A DNA stretch of 64,000 nucleotides from Myxococcota bacterium. Its GTDB lineage: Bacteria > Myxococcota_A > UBA796 > SXON01. This document shows positions 17,436 through 28,019 of the stretch, one piece after another; positions within the stretch are counted from its first letter, which is position 1; each line of letters starts with the position of its first letter. The stretch lies in contig JAZKFH010000005.1 in the NCBI GenBank assembly GCA_040386535.1, positions 70,058 to 134,057 of the forward strand. Reading direction: 5' to 3'. The translations under genes were made by a program, and so were the position numbers. The notes below the pieces were generated by a model. It worked only from the letters and a program-made list of their open reading frames with translations. It had not been told where the DNA came from and ran no database searches.

Positions 17436-19685
17436 CTACCGGATCGTCCACCGCTCCGGCACGCGCGCATACGCCGCCTCTGGCTGGCCCGACGGCCACA
17501 CCCGCGCCGCGTCCGCGAGCAGCACCCCGGCGAGGGTCGGCGTGACGGGGATCGTCGTCTTCCAGGCCCCACCCACGGCCCGCACGCCCCTGATGGTGAC
17601 GCGCCCGTCCTCGCCGGTCCACGACGCCGCGCCGCCGCTCGCCACCAGTGCGTCCAGGATGCGCGCGAGCGGCTCGACGCCCGCGGGAAGGCCAACGGAC
17701 ACGTCCAGGGCGACGCCCGCGGGCGCCGACACATCGACCACCACGGACGTGGTCATCCCGACGACCATCTCCTCGCGCGACACCTTCACGTCGAGCCCCG
17801 CGGGCGGGAGCTGCACCCACGGCACGTAGTCGCGCGCCACCGCCGTGAAGGCGAGGCCCGGCACGGCGGGCTCGGAGGTGACGGTCACGCGGTGCTCGGC
17901 GAGGCCGGTGAGCGCCCCGCCCACGATGCGCACGGGGGCGTGCGGATGGGAGGGGTCGAGCACGCCGCGGCCGACCTCGACGCCGTCGACCTCCACGCGC
18001 ACGGCCACCTCGCGGGGGATGTCGCCCGCGAAGACGGCTTCGAGCGCGCGGAGGGCGAGGATGCCGGTGTCGCCGTCGCCGAAGCCCGCGCGCGGATCGT
18101 AGAGCCCGAGCAGCCCGGCGGCGAGATCGGGGCGGGCAGGGTCGTCCGCGGGGAGGGCGAGGATCGCGAGCGCGGTCGCCTCGGCCTCGGTCACGCGCCG
18201 GCCGTCGGGGCGGGCCGCGTCGACACGGAGGGTCTTGGCGCCGTCCGGGGTGGTGTGGAGGGCCTCGCGCACGGTGGTGCGCAGCGTTTCGGCGGTCCCC
18301 TCCTCCACGACGCCAGCGGCGAGGCCCCACGCGGCCACGTACGGCGCGGTCAGGCGCGGGCTGTAGCGCTCGAACGCGCCCGTGGCGCGCAGGCGGTTGG
18401 ACTGGTTGTCGGGGCCGAGCGCCCACACGGCCCGCGCGGTCTGGACGAGCGAGGCGTCGAGCGAGGCGCCGGCCGCGGCGGTCCACAAGCCGTCGGGGGC
18501 CTGGGTGGCGCGGAGGGTCTCCGCGAGGCGGATGGCGAGGCGGCCCGCGAGGCTGTCGGCGGGCGCGATGCGGAGCGCGGCGAGCGCCGTGGTGGCCTCG
18601 GCCACGCCGGGCGTGCGTGTCTCCTTGGCGATGCGCTGCCACGCGCGGAGCTGGGCGGCGCGGAGCACGTCGGGGGGGACCGTGCCGTCGGCGGCGAGCG
18701 GCCCGGCGAGGCCGGTCACGGCGTAGGTGTAGGCGGCCTGGGCGAGGTCGGGGCCGCGGGCGGGCGCCGCGTCGAGCTCGGCGCGCACGACGCCGAGGGC
18801 GCCGGGGAACACGGTGACGACGAGCGAGCCGGAGTTGGCGCCGGGCGACGCGGAGAGGGTGAAGCTCCGTGGCCCGGCCAACGTGCCGCCGCGCACGGAC
18901 TCGACCGGCCGGCCGACCGGGCGTACGGACACGGTCCGCTCGACGCTGTCGAGGGCGCCGAGGCGCGCCACGAGGCTCAGATCACCCGCGCGGGCCGCGT
19001 TGACGGACACCATCTCGGTCCGCGAGCCGTACGCCGCGAGGGACACGGCGCCGCCGCCGACGGCCGTGCCGTCCACGAGCACTTCGAGCGCGGCGGAGAG
19101 CGCCTCGCCCTGCTGGCTCACGGCCTGCACGGGGAGCCGCACGACGTCGCCAGCGTAGAGGAACGTGGGCGTCACGAGGTCGACGTAGGCGGGCAAGGTG
19201 GAGGCGAACGTCGCGAGCGCGCCGCCCTGCGCACCGCCGCGGGTCTGGCCGAGGGCCAGCAGGCGCCACGTCGTGAGCGTGTCGGGCACGGTGACGGGGA
19301 TGGTCACCGAGCCGCTCTCGGGCACCTCGACGAGGGGCAACCAGAGGAAGCTCTCGGGGAACCAGGCGCGGGGGGTGGGGGGGGCGTCGGCGCTGCTGAG
19401 GGTGCCGACGATGCCGGCGTCGTTGGCGCTCTCGGGCTTCTTCTCGAGGAAGATCTCCACCATGTGATCGTCGGAATCATCGTTGCGTCCGCCCTTCCCC
19501 CGCGCGGACTTCGCCCCCATCGGCGCGGCCTCGACCGACGGGGCCGCGGGCGCCCCGCCGCTCGGGCCGTCCGCGCCCCAGCCCCCCTCGTCCGCCATCT
19601 CCTCCTTCCGCTCCCGCGGCGCCGACTGCTCCGCGTCCGGCGACCGCGCCATACACGCCGCCAACACCAACAACAACGAGGTCAT
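17436..19685 (-). CDS. Alpha-2-macroglobulin C-terminal half as a separate lipoprotein (no CxEQ thioester motif)
   Basis: LAAC lipobox; RAWFPESFLW...VPDTLTTWR...PTFLYAGD A2M signature; helical TED-like region; receptor-binding-like C-terminus (LPAGVE). Confidence 0.8.
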   Translation of the reverse strand: MTSLLLVLAACMARSPDAEQSAPRERKEEMADEGGWGADGPSGGAPAAPSVEAAPMGAKSARGKGGRNDDSDDHMVEIFLEKKPESANDAGIVGTLSSADAPPTPRAWFPESFLWLPLVEVPESGSVTIPVTVPDTLTTWRLLALGQTRGGAQGGALATFASTLPAYVDLVTPTFLYAGDVVRLPVQAVSQQGEALSAALEVLVDGTAVGGGAVSLAAYGSRTEMVSVNAARAGDLSLVARLGALDSVERTVSVRPVGRPVESVRGGTLAGPRSFTLSASPGANSGSLVVTVFPGALGVVRAELDAAPARGPDLAQAAYTYAVTGLAGPLAADGTVPPDVLRAAQLRAWQRIAKETRTPGVAEATTALAALRIAPADSLAGRLAIRLAETLRATQAPDGLWTAAAGASLDASLVQTARAVWALGPDNQSNRLRATGAFERYSPRLTAPYVAAWGLAAGVVEEGTAETLRTTVREALHTTPDGAKTLRVDAARPDGRRVTEAEATALAILALPADDPARPDLAAGLLGLYDPRAGFGDGDTGILALRALEAVFAGDIPREVAVRVEVDGVEVGRGVLDPSHPHAPVRIVGGALTGLAEHRVTVTSEPAVPGLAFTAVARDYVPWVQLPPAGLDVKVSREEMVVGMTTSVVVDVSAPAGVALDVSVGLPAGVEPLARILDALVASGGAASWTGEDGRVTIRGVRAVGGAWKTTIPVTPTLAGVLLADAARVWPSGQPEAAYARVPERWTIR

Positions 19686-22600
19686 GGAGCCTCCGCGGAC
19701 ACGTAGACGGGCCAGTTCTCCACGTCCTCGGGCAGGCGCGCGCCGTCGGAGGCCATGAAGCGGGGATCGGTGAGGGCGAGCAGATCGGGGGGGAGCGTGG
19801 AGAGGTGGAGCGCGCGGCCGAACGGGTCCTTCGTGGGGTGGGCGCGGAGCGCCTTCTCCCAGAGCTTCACCATCGTGGCGGCGGTGAGCACCTCACCCGC
19901 CGGCGTGGCGGCCTCCCAGGCGCGCACCTCGGTCCGCGCGTGCCCGTAGAGCGTGTAGAACGCATCGGCGAGCTCGGCCTCGGGCGTGAACGAGCCCATG
20001 GTCTGCACGATGTCGACCCGATCCGCGCCCGGCGGCAGCGACGGGAGCCCGGTGACGCGGAGCACGGCGGCCTGCGCCGCGTTCTCGCCGGCGATCTGGC
20101 CGGTCTGGAGGGCGCGGGCGTCGAGGACGCCGAAAGCGGGCGCGTCGGAGGTGGCGCGCACGGTCACCCGCGCGAAGGCGTCGGGGTTCGGGAGGGTTGC
20201 CAGCGTCGCGAGCGTGCTGTCCACGCCCGAGAGGGTGACGCCGGCACCGACGGGGGTGTCGCCGTCCCGCGCGGTGATGGTGACGTTGGCGGTCGCGCCG
20301 GGGCGGTAGGTGGCGGCGTCCGTCGTGAGCGCGAGCGCGAGGTCCGCCTTGGGGCGCACGTAGAGCACGGCGCGGGCACCCGACCACTCCACGTGCACGA
20401 AGCCGTCGGTGTCGGCGGGGACCGTGATCGTCGTCTTGCGGGTCTTCTCGTCGAAGGGGAACTCGACCAGCGAGCGGTCCCCCTGCTTCAGCCACACCTT
20501 CTCCGGAAACGAGCCGGTGAAGTTCGGGCCGCGCACCGCGGAGAGCTCGACGGTGGCGCCCGGATCGACGATGACCTCGGAGAAGCGCAGGCGCAGATCG
20601 GGCACCGCGCCGACCGGCAAACGGAGGACCGTGGCGCCGAGGGCCTCGGCACCTTCCTCCGCCGCGGTGACCTGCACCTTGAGCGCGAAGCCGGGGAACG
20701 TGGTCGGGCCGGGCTGGGACACGCCCGGCTCCCGCGGCACATAGGCGGAGATGCGCAGGAGGCCGGCGCCGGCGTCCTCCGCGGGGTCCCCGAGGCGCAG
20801 CCCGGAGACGAAGCGCTCGACGCAGGCCGAGACGCCCGCGGGCACCCGGCCGCCCACCGAGGGATCGGCCATCGGCGTGAGCCCGATGGCGGTGGAGCCG
20901 GCCTCGACCGTCACGCGGAAGGCGCGCGGCAGCTCGCCGTCCTCGGAGAGCGCCGCGGCGCAGGGCCGCGCTTCGACCAGCCGCTGCTCCAGGGCCGCCT
21001 CCACGCCCGACACATCCCCGACGGCGCCGTCGACGCTCGCGCTCAGCGAGGGCGTCCCCGGGTCCGTCACGCCCCAGCTCACGTTCCAGAGGCGGTCACG
21101 GCCGCGCGGCCCGGACTCGCCCGCGAGCACGCCCGCCACACAACGCGAGAGCGCCGAACGTGTGCTGCCGACGAAGGCGTCGAGCTGCCGCACCCGCCCG
21201 TCCGCGCCGAGCAACGCGGACACGGTGACGGTGCGCTGCTCCCCGACGGGCACCCGATCGGCGCAGGCGCGCACCTTCCTCGTCCAACGGTCGAGCGCGA
21301 CGCGGCCCTCCAGGTCGACCGACTCGTTGGTGAGCACGTCCTCGGCGGAGGCGAGGGAGACCGTCTCCACGGCGGCGCGGGGCTGCGGCCGCACGGGCAT
21401 CGCGGGCACGACGACCGTGGTGGGCTCGCCCGGATCGAGCTGGAAGCGGGCCACGCCGTCGGCGTCGGCGGTGGCCTCCATCCCTGGATCGGCGGGGTCC
21501 CACTCGCGCGTCACCCGCACGGTCGCGCCGGGGAGGACGCGGCCGTCAGCCGTCGCGACGCGAAGGTAGACGCGGTTGTTCGCGGAGGGCACGAGGCCGC
21601 CGGCGAGCTCGGTCACGGCCTCCGCGGTGATCGGATCCTCCGCGAGCAGCGCGGCGGCGCCGCCCGTGGCGGTGTCGCCCGTCTCGTCCGTGGCGGTGAG
21701 CGTGTAGCGGATCGTGGCCTGCCCGCGCAGATCGGCGGGGACCACGTCGCGCTCGGGCGCCACGTCGAAGCGGAAGTTGCCCTTCGCGTCCGTGGTCAAC
21801 GTGCGCTCCTCGAGCCACGCGGTCGGCGGCGGCCACTCGCCTTCACTCCGGGCGGTGACGCGCAGGGTCGCGTTCGCGAGGGGCGCGCCCGACGTGTAGC
21901 GGGCCACGCCCTCGACGATCGGCTGGTCGCCGATGCGCCACGCGGGCCGCGTGCCCTTGGCCTCGACCGTGAAGCGCGGGAGCTGGAAGGGCTTGACGTC
22001 GATCTCCACCCGGTCGACCGCGGCGCCCGACTCGAACGCCACCGCCCAGGCCCCGCTCGTCGCGTCGCTGGTGAGCGGGAAGCTGCCGGACACGACGCCG
22101 AACGCGCCGGTCTTGCCCTTCTCTTCGAGGAGCAGCTCGCCCGACGGGTCCCACACCTTCCACGTGCCGGGGCGCCCTTCGAGCGGCGCCAGATCGGCGG
22201 CGCCGAGGAGCACGGCGCGGAACTTCACGTCCTGGCCGGGCTTGTAGAGCGGCGCGTCGGTCAGGACGTGGGCGAGCGCGGGCTGGTAGAGGGGCAGCTT
22301 CGCCTCGACCGTGGCGTCGCCAGCGGGGGAGCTCACGGTGACCCGCAGGACGTAGTCGCCGTCGGGGCCGTCGGGCAGCTTGACCCGGGCGGACTTGCGC
22401 GTGCCCCACGTCTTCTCCCAGCCGTCCCCGAACCAGCTGTCGTCGACGGGCTCGAGCCGCGTCTCGGTGCCGTCGGGCGCGACGAGCGTGAGCGTGGGCG
22501 AGAACCGGCGCACCTCGGTCGAGTAGAGGCTGCCCCACTCGGACGCGTAGTGCGCGGTGAGCCCGACGTACACGGTGCCCTCGTCCTTGCGCCCGAGGCC

Positions 22601-22771
22601 GGCCGCCTCGACGAAGGCCACGGGGCGCAGCTCGCCGACGGGGCACTGGTCCAGGTACACGGCGTCGCCGATCCAGGAGGTCCAGCACGGGCCGACGAGG
22701 CCCACGCACCCGACGACCGAGACGACCCCGAGGCCCCCGATCCCGAGGAGCACCTTCTTCCATGTCCGCAT
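19682..22771 (-). CDS. Alpha-2-macroglobulin N-terminal half (MG domains)
   Basis: N-terminal hydrophobic anchor; LTDAPLYKPGQDVKFR (MG2), FQLPRFTV, RYTSGAPL and LTTDAATYRPG motifs. Confidence 0.8.
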   Translation of the reverse strand: MRTWKKVLLGIGGLGVVSVVGCVGLVGPCWTSWIGDAVYLDQCPVGELRPVAFVEAAGLGRKDEGTVYVGLTAHYASEWGSLYSTEVRRFSPTLTLVAPDGTETRLEPVDDSWFGDGWEKTWGTRKSARVKLPDGPDGDYVLRVTVSSPAGDATVEAKLPLYQPALAHVLTDAPLYKPGQDVKFRAVLLGAADLAPLEGRPGTWKVWDPSGELLLEEKGKTGAFGVVSGSFPLTSDATSGAWAVAFESGAAVDRVEIDVKPFQLPRFTVEAKGTRPAWRIGDQPIVEGVARYTSGAPLANATLRVTARSEGEWPPPTAWLEERTLTTDAKGNFRFDVAPERDVVPADLRGQATIRYTLTATDETGDTATGGAAALLAEDPITAEAVTELAGGLVPSANNRVYLRVATADGRVLPGATVRVTREWDPADPGMEATADADGVARFQLDPGEPTTVVVPAMPVRPQPRAAVETVSLASAEDVLTNESVDLEGRVALDRWTRKVRACADRVPVGEQRTVTVSALLGADGRVRQLDAFVGSTRSALSRCVAGVLAGESGPRGRDRLWNVSWGVTDPGTPSLSASVDGAVGDVSGVEAALEQRLVEARPCAAALSEDGELPRAFRVTVEAGSTAIGLTPMADPSVGGRVPAGVSACVERFVSGLRLGDPAEDAGAGLLRISAYVPREPGVSQPGPTTFPGFALKVQVTAAEEGAEALGATVLRLPVGAVPDLRLRFSEVIVDPGATVELSAVRGPNFTGSFPEKVWLKQGDRSLVEFPFDEKTRKTTITVPADTDGFVHVEWSGARAVLYVRPKADLALALTTDAATYRPGATANVTITARDGDTPVGAGVTLSGVDSTLATLATLPNPDAFARVTVRATSDAPAFGVLDARALQTGQIAGENAAQAAVLRVTGLPSLPPGADRVDIVQTMGSFTPEAELADAFYTLYGHARTEVRAWEAATPAGEVLTAATMVKLWEKALRAHPTKDPFGRALHLSTLPPDLLALTDPRFMASDGARLPEDVENWPVYVSAEAP

Positions 22772-22862
22772 GTCGCGCGCTCCGGTTGGGCCTCTGACCG
22801 GGCCCGGGCGCGAGTCTAACGGAAGTCGGGAGGCGCCCTTACAGGCGCGCCCCCGAAGGCGC

Positions 22863-24449
22863 TCAGGACGCGGACTCCTTGGCTACCGCGAAGGCCTTGC
22901 CGATCACGGCGGAGTCGCCCTGGAGCGCGGTGCGCTGCATGTAGAAGAGCAGCCCGCGCTCGCCGCCGAGCTCCTCGCCGCCGCCGGCGCGGCCGGGCCC
23001 GCCGTGGATCATCGCGGGGAGCACGAGGCCCGGCGCGGTCGCCTGGTCGGCCACCTTGGAGGAGAGCAACAGGAGCCGCCCGAGGGAGGGCGCGGCGCCG
23101 AGGGCGAAGCGCTCGACCCACACGCGGTCGTCCGACACGGCGCTCGCCACGAGGCTGCCCTGCCCAAGCGCGACGAGCTCGGCAGCGGAGTCCGCGGTGC
23201 CGTCGTACGGGAGGATGGTCACGACGGGGCCGAACACCTCGAGGTCGTGGACCGGGCCCGCCTCGGTCGCATTCTTGGCGCGCAGCACCGTCGGCGCGAC
23301 GTAGAAGCCCTTGCCCTCGGGGGCGTTGCGGCCCTCCGCACGTTCGGCGCCGCCGAGCACGATGGTGGCGTGCTCGGAGAGCGCGCGGATGCCGGCGAGC
23401 GCGTCCTTGAGTTGCGACGCGGTGCTGACCGGGCCCATCGTGACGCCGTCCGTCACGGGGTTGCCGACGACCACGCCCGCGAGCGCGTCGATCAGGGCGT
23501 CCTGCAGGGCGTCGGCGTGGGCCTCGGGCACGAACACGCGGCGGATCGCGGTGCACTTCTGCCCGGTCTTCTGCGTCATGTCGGTGACGATGTTGCGCAC
23601 GAACGTGTTCCACAGGTCGGAGCCCGGCTCGACGTCGGGGCCCGCCACGGTGGCGTTGAGCGAGTCGGCCTCGACGTTGACGCGCACCGACTTCGACGCG
23701 AAGCCCGGCGTGCCACGGAGCATGGTGCCGGTGGTGTTGCTGCCGGTGAACGCGAGGTGATCCTGGGGCCCGAGGCGCGAGAGCAGATCGCCCGTGGAGC
23801 CGACGACGAGCTGGAAGCTGCCCGCGGGGAGGCGGCCCGACTCGACCAGCACCTGCGTCATGCGCCAGGTGAGCAGCGCCGTGGCGGTGGCGGGCTTGCT
23901 GATGATGGGGATGCCGGCGAGCAGCGCGACGGCGGCCTTCTCGAAGGTGCCCCACGCCGGGAAGTTGAAGGCGTTGATGTGCACGGCCACGCCGGTGCGC
24001 GGCACCCACACGTGCTGGCCGACAAAGCGCGGCGAGCGCGTGAGCGGGAACATGTCCCCATCGGTCAAAAAGCGGCGGTCCCCGACGCGCTTCGCCAGGG
24101 CCTCGCCGAACGAGGCGTAGGCGGCGAGGGTGCCGATCGCGCCGTCGACGTCGAACTTCGCGTCCCCGCGGGTGTTGCCGCCGTTCTTCTGCGCAAGGTC
24201 CAGGAATTCCTCACGGTTCGCGTGCAGGATCTTCGCCATGTCCTTGAGGAGCGCGGCGCGATCGGCGAACGAGAGGGCGCGCAGGGCCGGCGCACCGACC
24301 TCGCGGGCGTGGGCCAGGGCGGCGCCGAAGTCGGCCCCTTCGGTCGAAGCCTCCGCGAGGACCTCCTCGGTCGAGGGGTCAACCAGCGTGACGAAGCGAC
24401 CCGAGCCGGCAAACCAGCGGCCAACGAGGTAAGACGTGAGGCGAATCAT
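22863..24449 (-). CDS. PaaZ/BoxD-type aldehyde dehydrogenase (stand-alone, no MaoC domain)
   Basis: FDVDGAIGTL, HINAFNFPAWG, FTGS, VEADSLN, GQKCTAIRR, EVFGP and HGGPGRAGGGEELGG motifs. Confidence 0.85.
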   Translation of the reverse strand: MIRLTSYLVGRWFAGSGRFVTLVDPSTEEVLAEASTEGADFGAALAHAREVGAPALRALSFADRAALLKDMAKILHANREEFLDLAQKNGGNTRGDAKFDVDGAIGTLAAYASFGEALAKRVGDRRFLTDGDMFPLTRSPRFVGQHVWVPRTGVAVHINAFNFPAWGTFEKAAVALLAGIPIISKPATATALLTWRMTQVLVESGRLPAGSFQLVVGSTGDLLSRLGPQDHLAFTGSNTTGTMLRGTPGFASKSVRVNVEADSLNATVAGPDVEPGSDLWNTFVRNIVTDMTQKTGQKCTAIRRVFVPEAHADALQDALIDALAGVVVGNPVTDGVTMGPVSTASQLKDALAGIRALSEHATIVLGGAERAEGRNAPEGKGFYVAPTVLRAKNATEAGPVHDLEVFGPVVTILPYDGTADSAAELVALGQGSLVASAVSDDRVWVERFALGAAPSLGRLLLLSSKVADQATAPGLVLPAMIHGGPGRAGGGEELGGERGLLFYMQRTALQGDSAVIGKAFAVAKESAS

Positions 24450-24577
24450 GGCGGCTCCTGGGGGGCGGGGCGAGGCATCTAACGTGCCCGCTGCCTTCCG
24501 GACGCGGAGCACACCGCGCCGATCCACCATCTTCATTCCATCGAATCGTGCTTATTCCCGGGAAACCGGAGGTCGTC

Positions 24578-24772
24578 GTGGCAAAGTCAGGGACTACATT
24601 CGCCAAGCGTCAGAAAGAGATGGCCCAGCAAGAGCGTGCGCGCGACAAGGAAGCGCGCCGCGTCGAGCGGAAGGACACCAAGGAGAAGCGGCCGCTCGGG
24701 CCGGATGGGGAAGATCCCGACATCGCCGGAATCATCCCCGGTCCCCAGCCGATCCCGGAAGACGACTTCTAG
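24578..24772 (+). CDS. Small basic coiled-coil protein (64 aa)
   Basis: GGAGG RBS 5 nt before GTG; TFAKRQKE...EDPDIAGIIPGPQP resembles a recalled conserved small-protein pattern. Confidence 0.65.
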   Translation: MAKSGTTFAKRQKEMAQQERARDKEARRVERKDTKEKRPLGPDGEDPDIAGIIPGPQPIPEDDF

Positions 24773-24825
24773 AACCGGGGACCCCTCCGGTCAGAATCCG
24801 GCGCGGTTCAGAGCTCCGGTGCGGT

Positions 24826-25569
24826 TCAGACCTTCTCCGGAACCTTCACGCCCGCGCGCTGAGAGTCGGACCGTTGCTGGTCCTGCTCGCCAGCGGCGTT
24901 TTGCCCCGCCGCCTGCGTGCCCTGCTGCGCGCCGTAGCCCTGCTGCTGGTATGGCTGGTTCTGCTGGGCCTGCTGCGGCTGGTTCTGCAGGTCTTGCTGC
25001 GGCTGCCCCTCCTTGCTCTGGTGGAACGGGCCCTGGGAGTACTGCCCCTCGATGGCGCGCTGCTGCCCACCCCCGAGCGCGATGCGCCTCGGCTGAGACT
25101 GCGCGGCCTTGGGGACGCGAATGGTGAGCACGCCGTTCTCCAGGTTCGCATCCACCTTGTCGCTCTCGATGCCCTCCGGGAGGATGAACGTCCGGTTGAA
25201 CGTGCCGTAGGCGCGCTCCGCGGTGTACCAGGTGTCGCCCCGGTTCTCCTGCTCGAACTCCCGGCGCCCGTTGATGCGCAGCCGGTTCCCGACCACCGTG
25301 ATGTCGAGGTTGTCCTCCTTCACCCCCGGAAGATCGGCCACGAACACCAGCCCGTCCTGGGTCTCGCGCACCTCGAAGTCCGGAACGAACTGGGTCAGGC
25401 GCCCGGCTTCGAGGAACCCGATCGGGTCCATCTCGAAGAGCGGGTCCCGGAACAGGTCCTGCATCCGCCGCATCGACTCCCGCACCATGCCGAAGGGGTC
25501 GCCGCCCCCCTGCTGGGTCAACTGGCCACCCCCACCCTGTTGTCCACGACGAACCGTCAAGTCTGCCAT
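24826..25569 (-). CDS. Hsp20 / alpha-crystallin small heat-shock protein with Gln-rich tail
   Basis: ADLPGV, ERAYGTFNRTFILP and ANLENGVLTIRVPK motifs; AGGAGG RBS. Confidence 0.9.
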   Translation of the reverse strand: MADLTVRRGQQGGGGQLTQQGGGDPFGMVRESMRRMQDLFRDPLFEMDPIGFLEAGRLTQFVPDFEVRETQDGLVFVADLPGVKEDNLDITVVGNRLRINGRREFEQENRGDTWYTAERAYGTFNRTFILPEGIESDKVDANLENGVLTIRVPKAAQSQPRRIALGGGQQRAIEGQYSQGPFHQSKEGQPQQDLQNQPQQAQQNQPYQQQGYGAQQGTQAAGQNAAGEQDQQRSDSQRAGVKVPEKV

Positions 25570-25700
25570 TGGGTCCTCCTGCGTCCCCACGAAGGTAGGC
25601 AGCGCTCCACCCCGATCAACCGCGGCCTGGGCCACCCGCCGGTAAGGCCGGAGAAAGCCCGCTCCCGACGCATCTCGCTATAGACATCACGGAGGTTTCC

Positions 25701-26300
25701 ATGTCCCGACGCTTCGTGCTCCTCACCCCCCTTGTTTTCGCCCCCCTGCTCCTAGCCACCGGCTGCGGCCACCACGGCGTGAACAGCCCCGCCGAGGCCG
25801 AGCTCGCCTACATGGGCCTCGACGGCGCGGTCCAGCGCGGCCTCGCCTTGGGGCTCCAGGGCTTCGCGCTGGCGTCGAGCGCCAACATCGACCCGCAGTC
25901 CCAGGACGGCGACACGAACGGCGGGATGATCATCTCCGGCCAGGTCGATCAGGGCTCGTCCGACAACAAGGGGCTGCGCCTCTTCATGGAGCTCGACGAG
26001 TACTCCGATACGCTCGGCAGCAACGACGAGCCCGATCTCTTCTACCAGACCGACGGATCGGACCTCCCCGCGCTGAACATCACGCTCAAGGACATGCCGG
26101 CGGGCACGCTCGACGGCACGCTGGCCGGGGACTTCGAGATGGCGGGCACGCTCGGCGGGTACGTCGAGCTCGACGTGGTGTTCGCGGGCGAGACCGAGGA
26201 CGACGGCAGCGGCATCGCCGTGCGCAAGGCCGGCACCACGCGCATCACCGGCTCGGCCTCGTCCGACTACGGCGTCTTCGAGATCGACCTGGTGCGCTGA
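25701..26300 (+). CDS. Hypothetical lipoprotein
   Basis: GGAGG RBS; LATGC lipobox; beta-rich body. Confidence 0.7.
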   Translation: MSRRFVLLTPLVFAPLLLATGCGHHGVNSPAEAELAYMGLDGAVQRGLALGLQGFALASSANIDPQSQDGDTNGGMIISGQVDQGSSDNKGLRLFMELDEYSDTLGSNDEPDLFYQTDGSDLPALNITLKDMPAGTLDGTLAGDFEMAGTLGGYVELDVVFAGETEDDGSGIAVRKAGTTRITGSASSDYGVFEIDLVR

Positions 26301-26354
26301 GAGGTAGAACGGCGCCGGCTCGGGCTGGCGTCGCGCGCGGATATACTCCGCGCC

Positions 26355-28019
26355 GTGTGGGCGTTCGACCTCGGCACCACGAACACGGGGGTGGCCCGAT
26401 GGGACGCCGAGGCCCGACGTCCGTCACTCCTGACGCTCCCGGGCATCTGCCGCACCCCAGGGGGCGCGCTCGAGGCGCCACCGGTCGTGCCCTCGGCGAC
26501 CCACGTGCTCGAAGCGGACCTCGCCGCGCGCGTGGGCGCGTGGCCCTGGGTGCGCCACCACACGTTTCTCGGGACCCAGGCCCTCATCGGGCGGCCCGCG
26601 CTCGAACGGAACGCCGCGTGGCCCGGCCCCGCGTTCGCCGTCGGCTGGAAGACCGCGTTGGCGCGGGAGCCGACCCGCCCGCTGGTGCGCGTGGGCGACC
26701 GCTCGTTCACCGCGCGCGACGTGGCCCGACGCTTCGTGCGCGAGCTGCTCGTGGCGGTGAAGGCCGAGAGCGGCGAGCGGGTGCGCGACCTGGTGCTCAC
26801 CGTGCCCGTCGGGAGCTGGGAGGCCTACCGCGCCGAGCTCGGCTCGCTCGCGACGGACCTCGGCGTGACCCGCCTGCGCTTCCTCGACGAGCCGGTGGCC
26901 GCCGCGATCGGGTACGGCCTCGGCATCGACCGCGAGCGCCGCGTGCTGGTGTTCGACATGGGCGGCGGCACGCTGCACGTGGCGCTGGTGCGGCTCTCCG
27001 CGCGCGGCACGGACCGCGGGATGTGTGAGGTGCTCGCCAAACACGGCCGCGCGGTCGGCGGCGACCTGGTGGATCGGTGGCTCCTCGAAGACGTATGCGC
27101 CGCCCTCGGCATCCCGCTGGCGCCCGAGCGCGCCACGGAGACGGCCGACGAGACCGAGGGGCTCTGGTGGCGGTTGATGCTCGCCGAGGCGCGCCGCGTG
27201 AAGGAGGCGGTGCACATCGCCGAGCAGGCCACCTTCACGGTGATCGTGCCCGACGAGCTCCGCGGCCTGCGCGCGCGCCTGCGCGACTGCCCGACCAGCC
27301 TCGTCGTGACGCGCACCCGCGTCGAGGAGGTGCTCCGCACCCGCGGGCTCTACACGCTCGTGGACGAGGCGGTGGACGCCACCCTCGCCGAGGCCGGCGT
27401 GGCCCCCGACGAGGTGCTCCTCGTGGGCGGCTCCTCGCTCCTGCCCGGCATCTACCCGCGGCTGGAGCAGCGCTTCGGGCGCGACCGGGTGCGTGCGTGG
27501 CTGCCTTTCGAGGCCGTCGTGCTCGGCGGGGCGGTGTACGCGGGCGAGGCCTGGGCCCAGTCCGACTTCATCGTGCACGACTACGCGCTGGTGACCCACG
27601 ACCGCGACACGCAGGCGCCCGCCTACACGATCGTGGTGCCCCGCGGCACGCGCTTCCCGACGGCGCCCGACCTGTGGAAGCGGCAGCTCGTGCCGACCTG
27701 CGCGCTCGGCGAGCCCGAGTCCCTGTTCAAGCTCGTGGTCTACGAGATCGGCGGCCACGGCGGGGACGCGCGCCGCTTCGGCTGGGACGCCGCCGGCGCG
27801 CTGCACGTGCTCCACGACGGCGATCGTGTCGTGGTGCCGCTCAACGAGGCGAATCCCACCCTCGGCACGCTCGACCCGCCCCACGCGCCCAGCGACAAGC
27901 GCCCGCGCCTCGAGCTCGCCTTCGGCGTGAACGCGAACCGCTGGTTGTGCGCGACGGTGACGGACTTGCAGTCGAAGAAGAAGCTGTTGAAGGACGAGCC
28001 GGTGGTGAGGTTGTTGTGA
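26355..28019 (+). CDS. Atypical Hsp70-family ATPase
   Basis: FDLGTTNT, DEPVAAA, FDMGGGT, GGDLVD and LVGGSSLLP motifs; non-canonical C-terminus. Confidence 0.85.
   Translation: MWAFDLGTTNTGVARWDAEARRPSLLTLPGICRTPGGALEAPPVVPSATHVLEADLAARVGAWPWVRHHTFLGTQALIGRPALERNAAWPGPAFAVGWKTALAREPTRPLVRVGDRSFTARDVARRFVRELLVAVKAESGERVRDLVLTVPVGSWEAYRAELGSLATDLGVTRLRFLDEPVAAAIGYGLGIDRERRVLVFDMGGGTLHVALVRLSARGTDRGMCEVLAKHGRAVGGDLVDRWLLEDVCAALGIPLAPERATETADETEGLWWRLMLAEARRVKEAVHIAEQATFTVIVPDELRGLRARLRDCPTSLVVTRTRVEEVLRTRGLYTLVDEAVDATLAEAGVAPDEVLLVGGSSLLPGIYPRLEQRFGRDRVRAWLPFEAVVLGGAVYAGEAWAQSDFIVHDYALVTHDRDTQAPAYTIVVPRGTRFPTAPDLWKRQLVPTCALGEPESLFKLVVYEIGGHGGDARRFGWDAAGALHVLHDGDRVVVPLNEANPTLGTLDPPHAPSDKRPRLELAFGVNANRWLCATVTDLQSKKKLLKDEPVVRLL

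Noticed and set aside
22863..24449. Complete paaZ or phenylacetate operon
   Set aside because: No MaoC/hotdog domain and no other paa or box genes in the window, so no gene symbol was assigned
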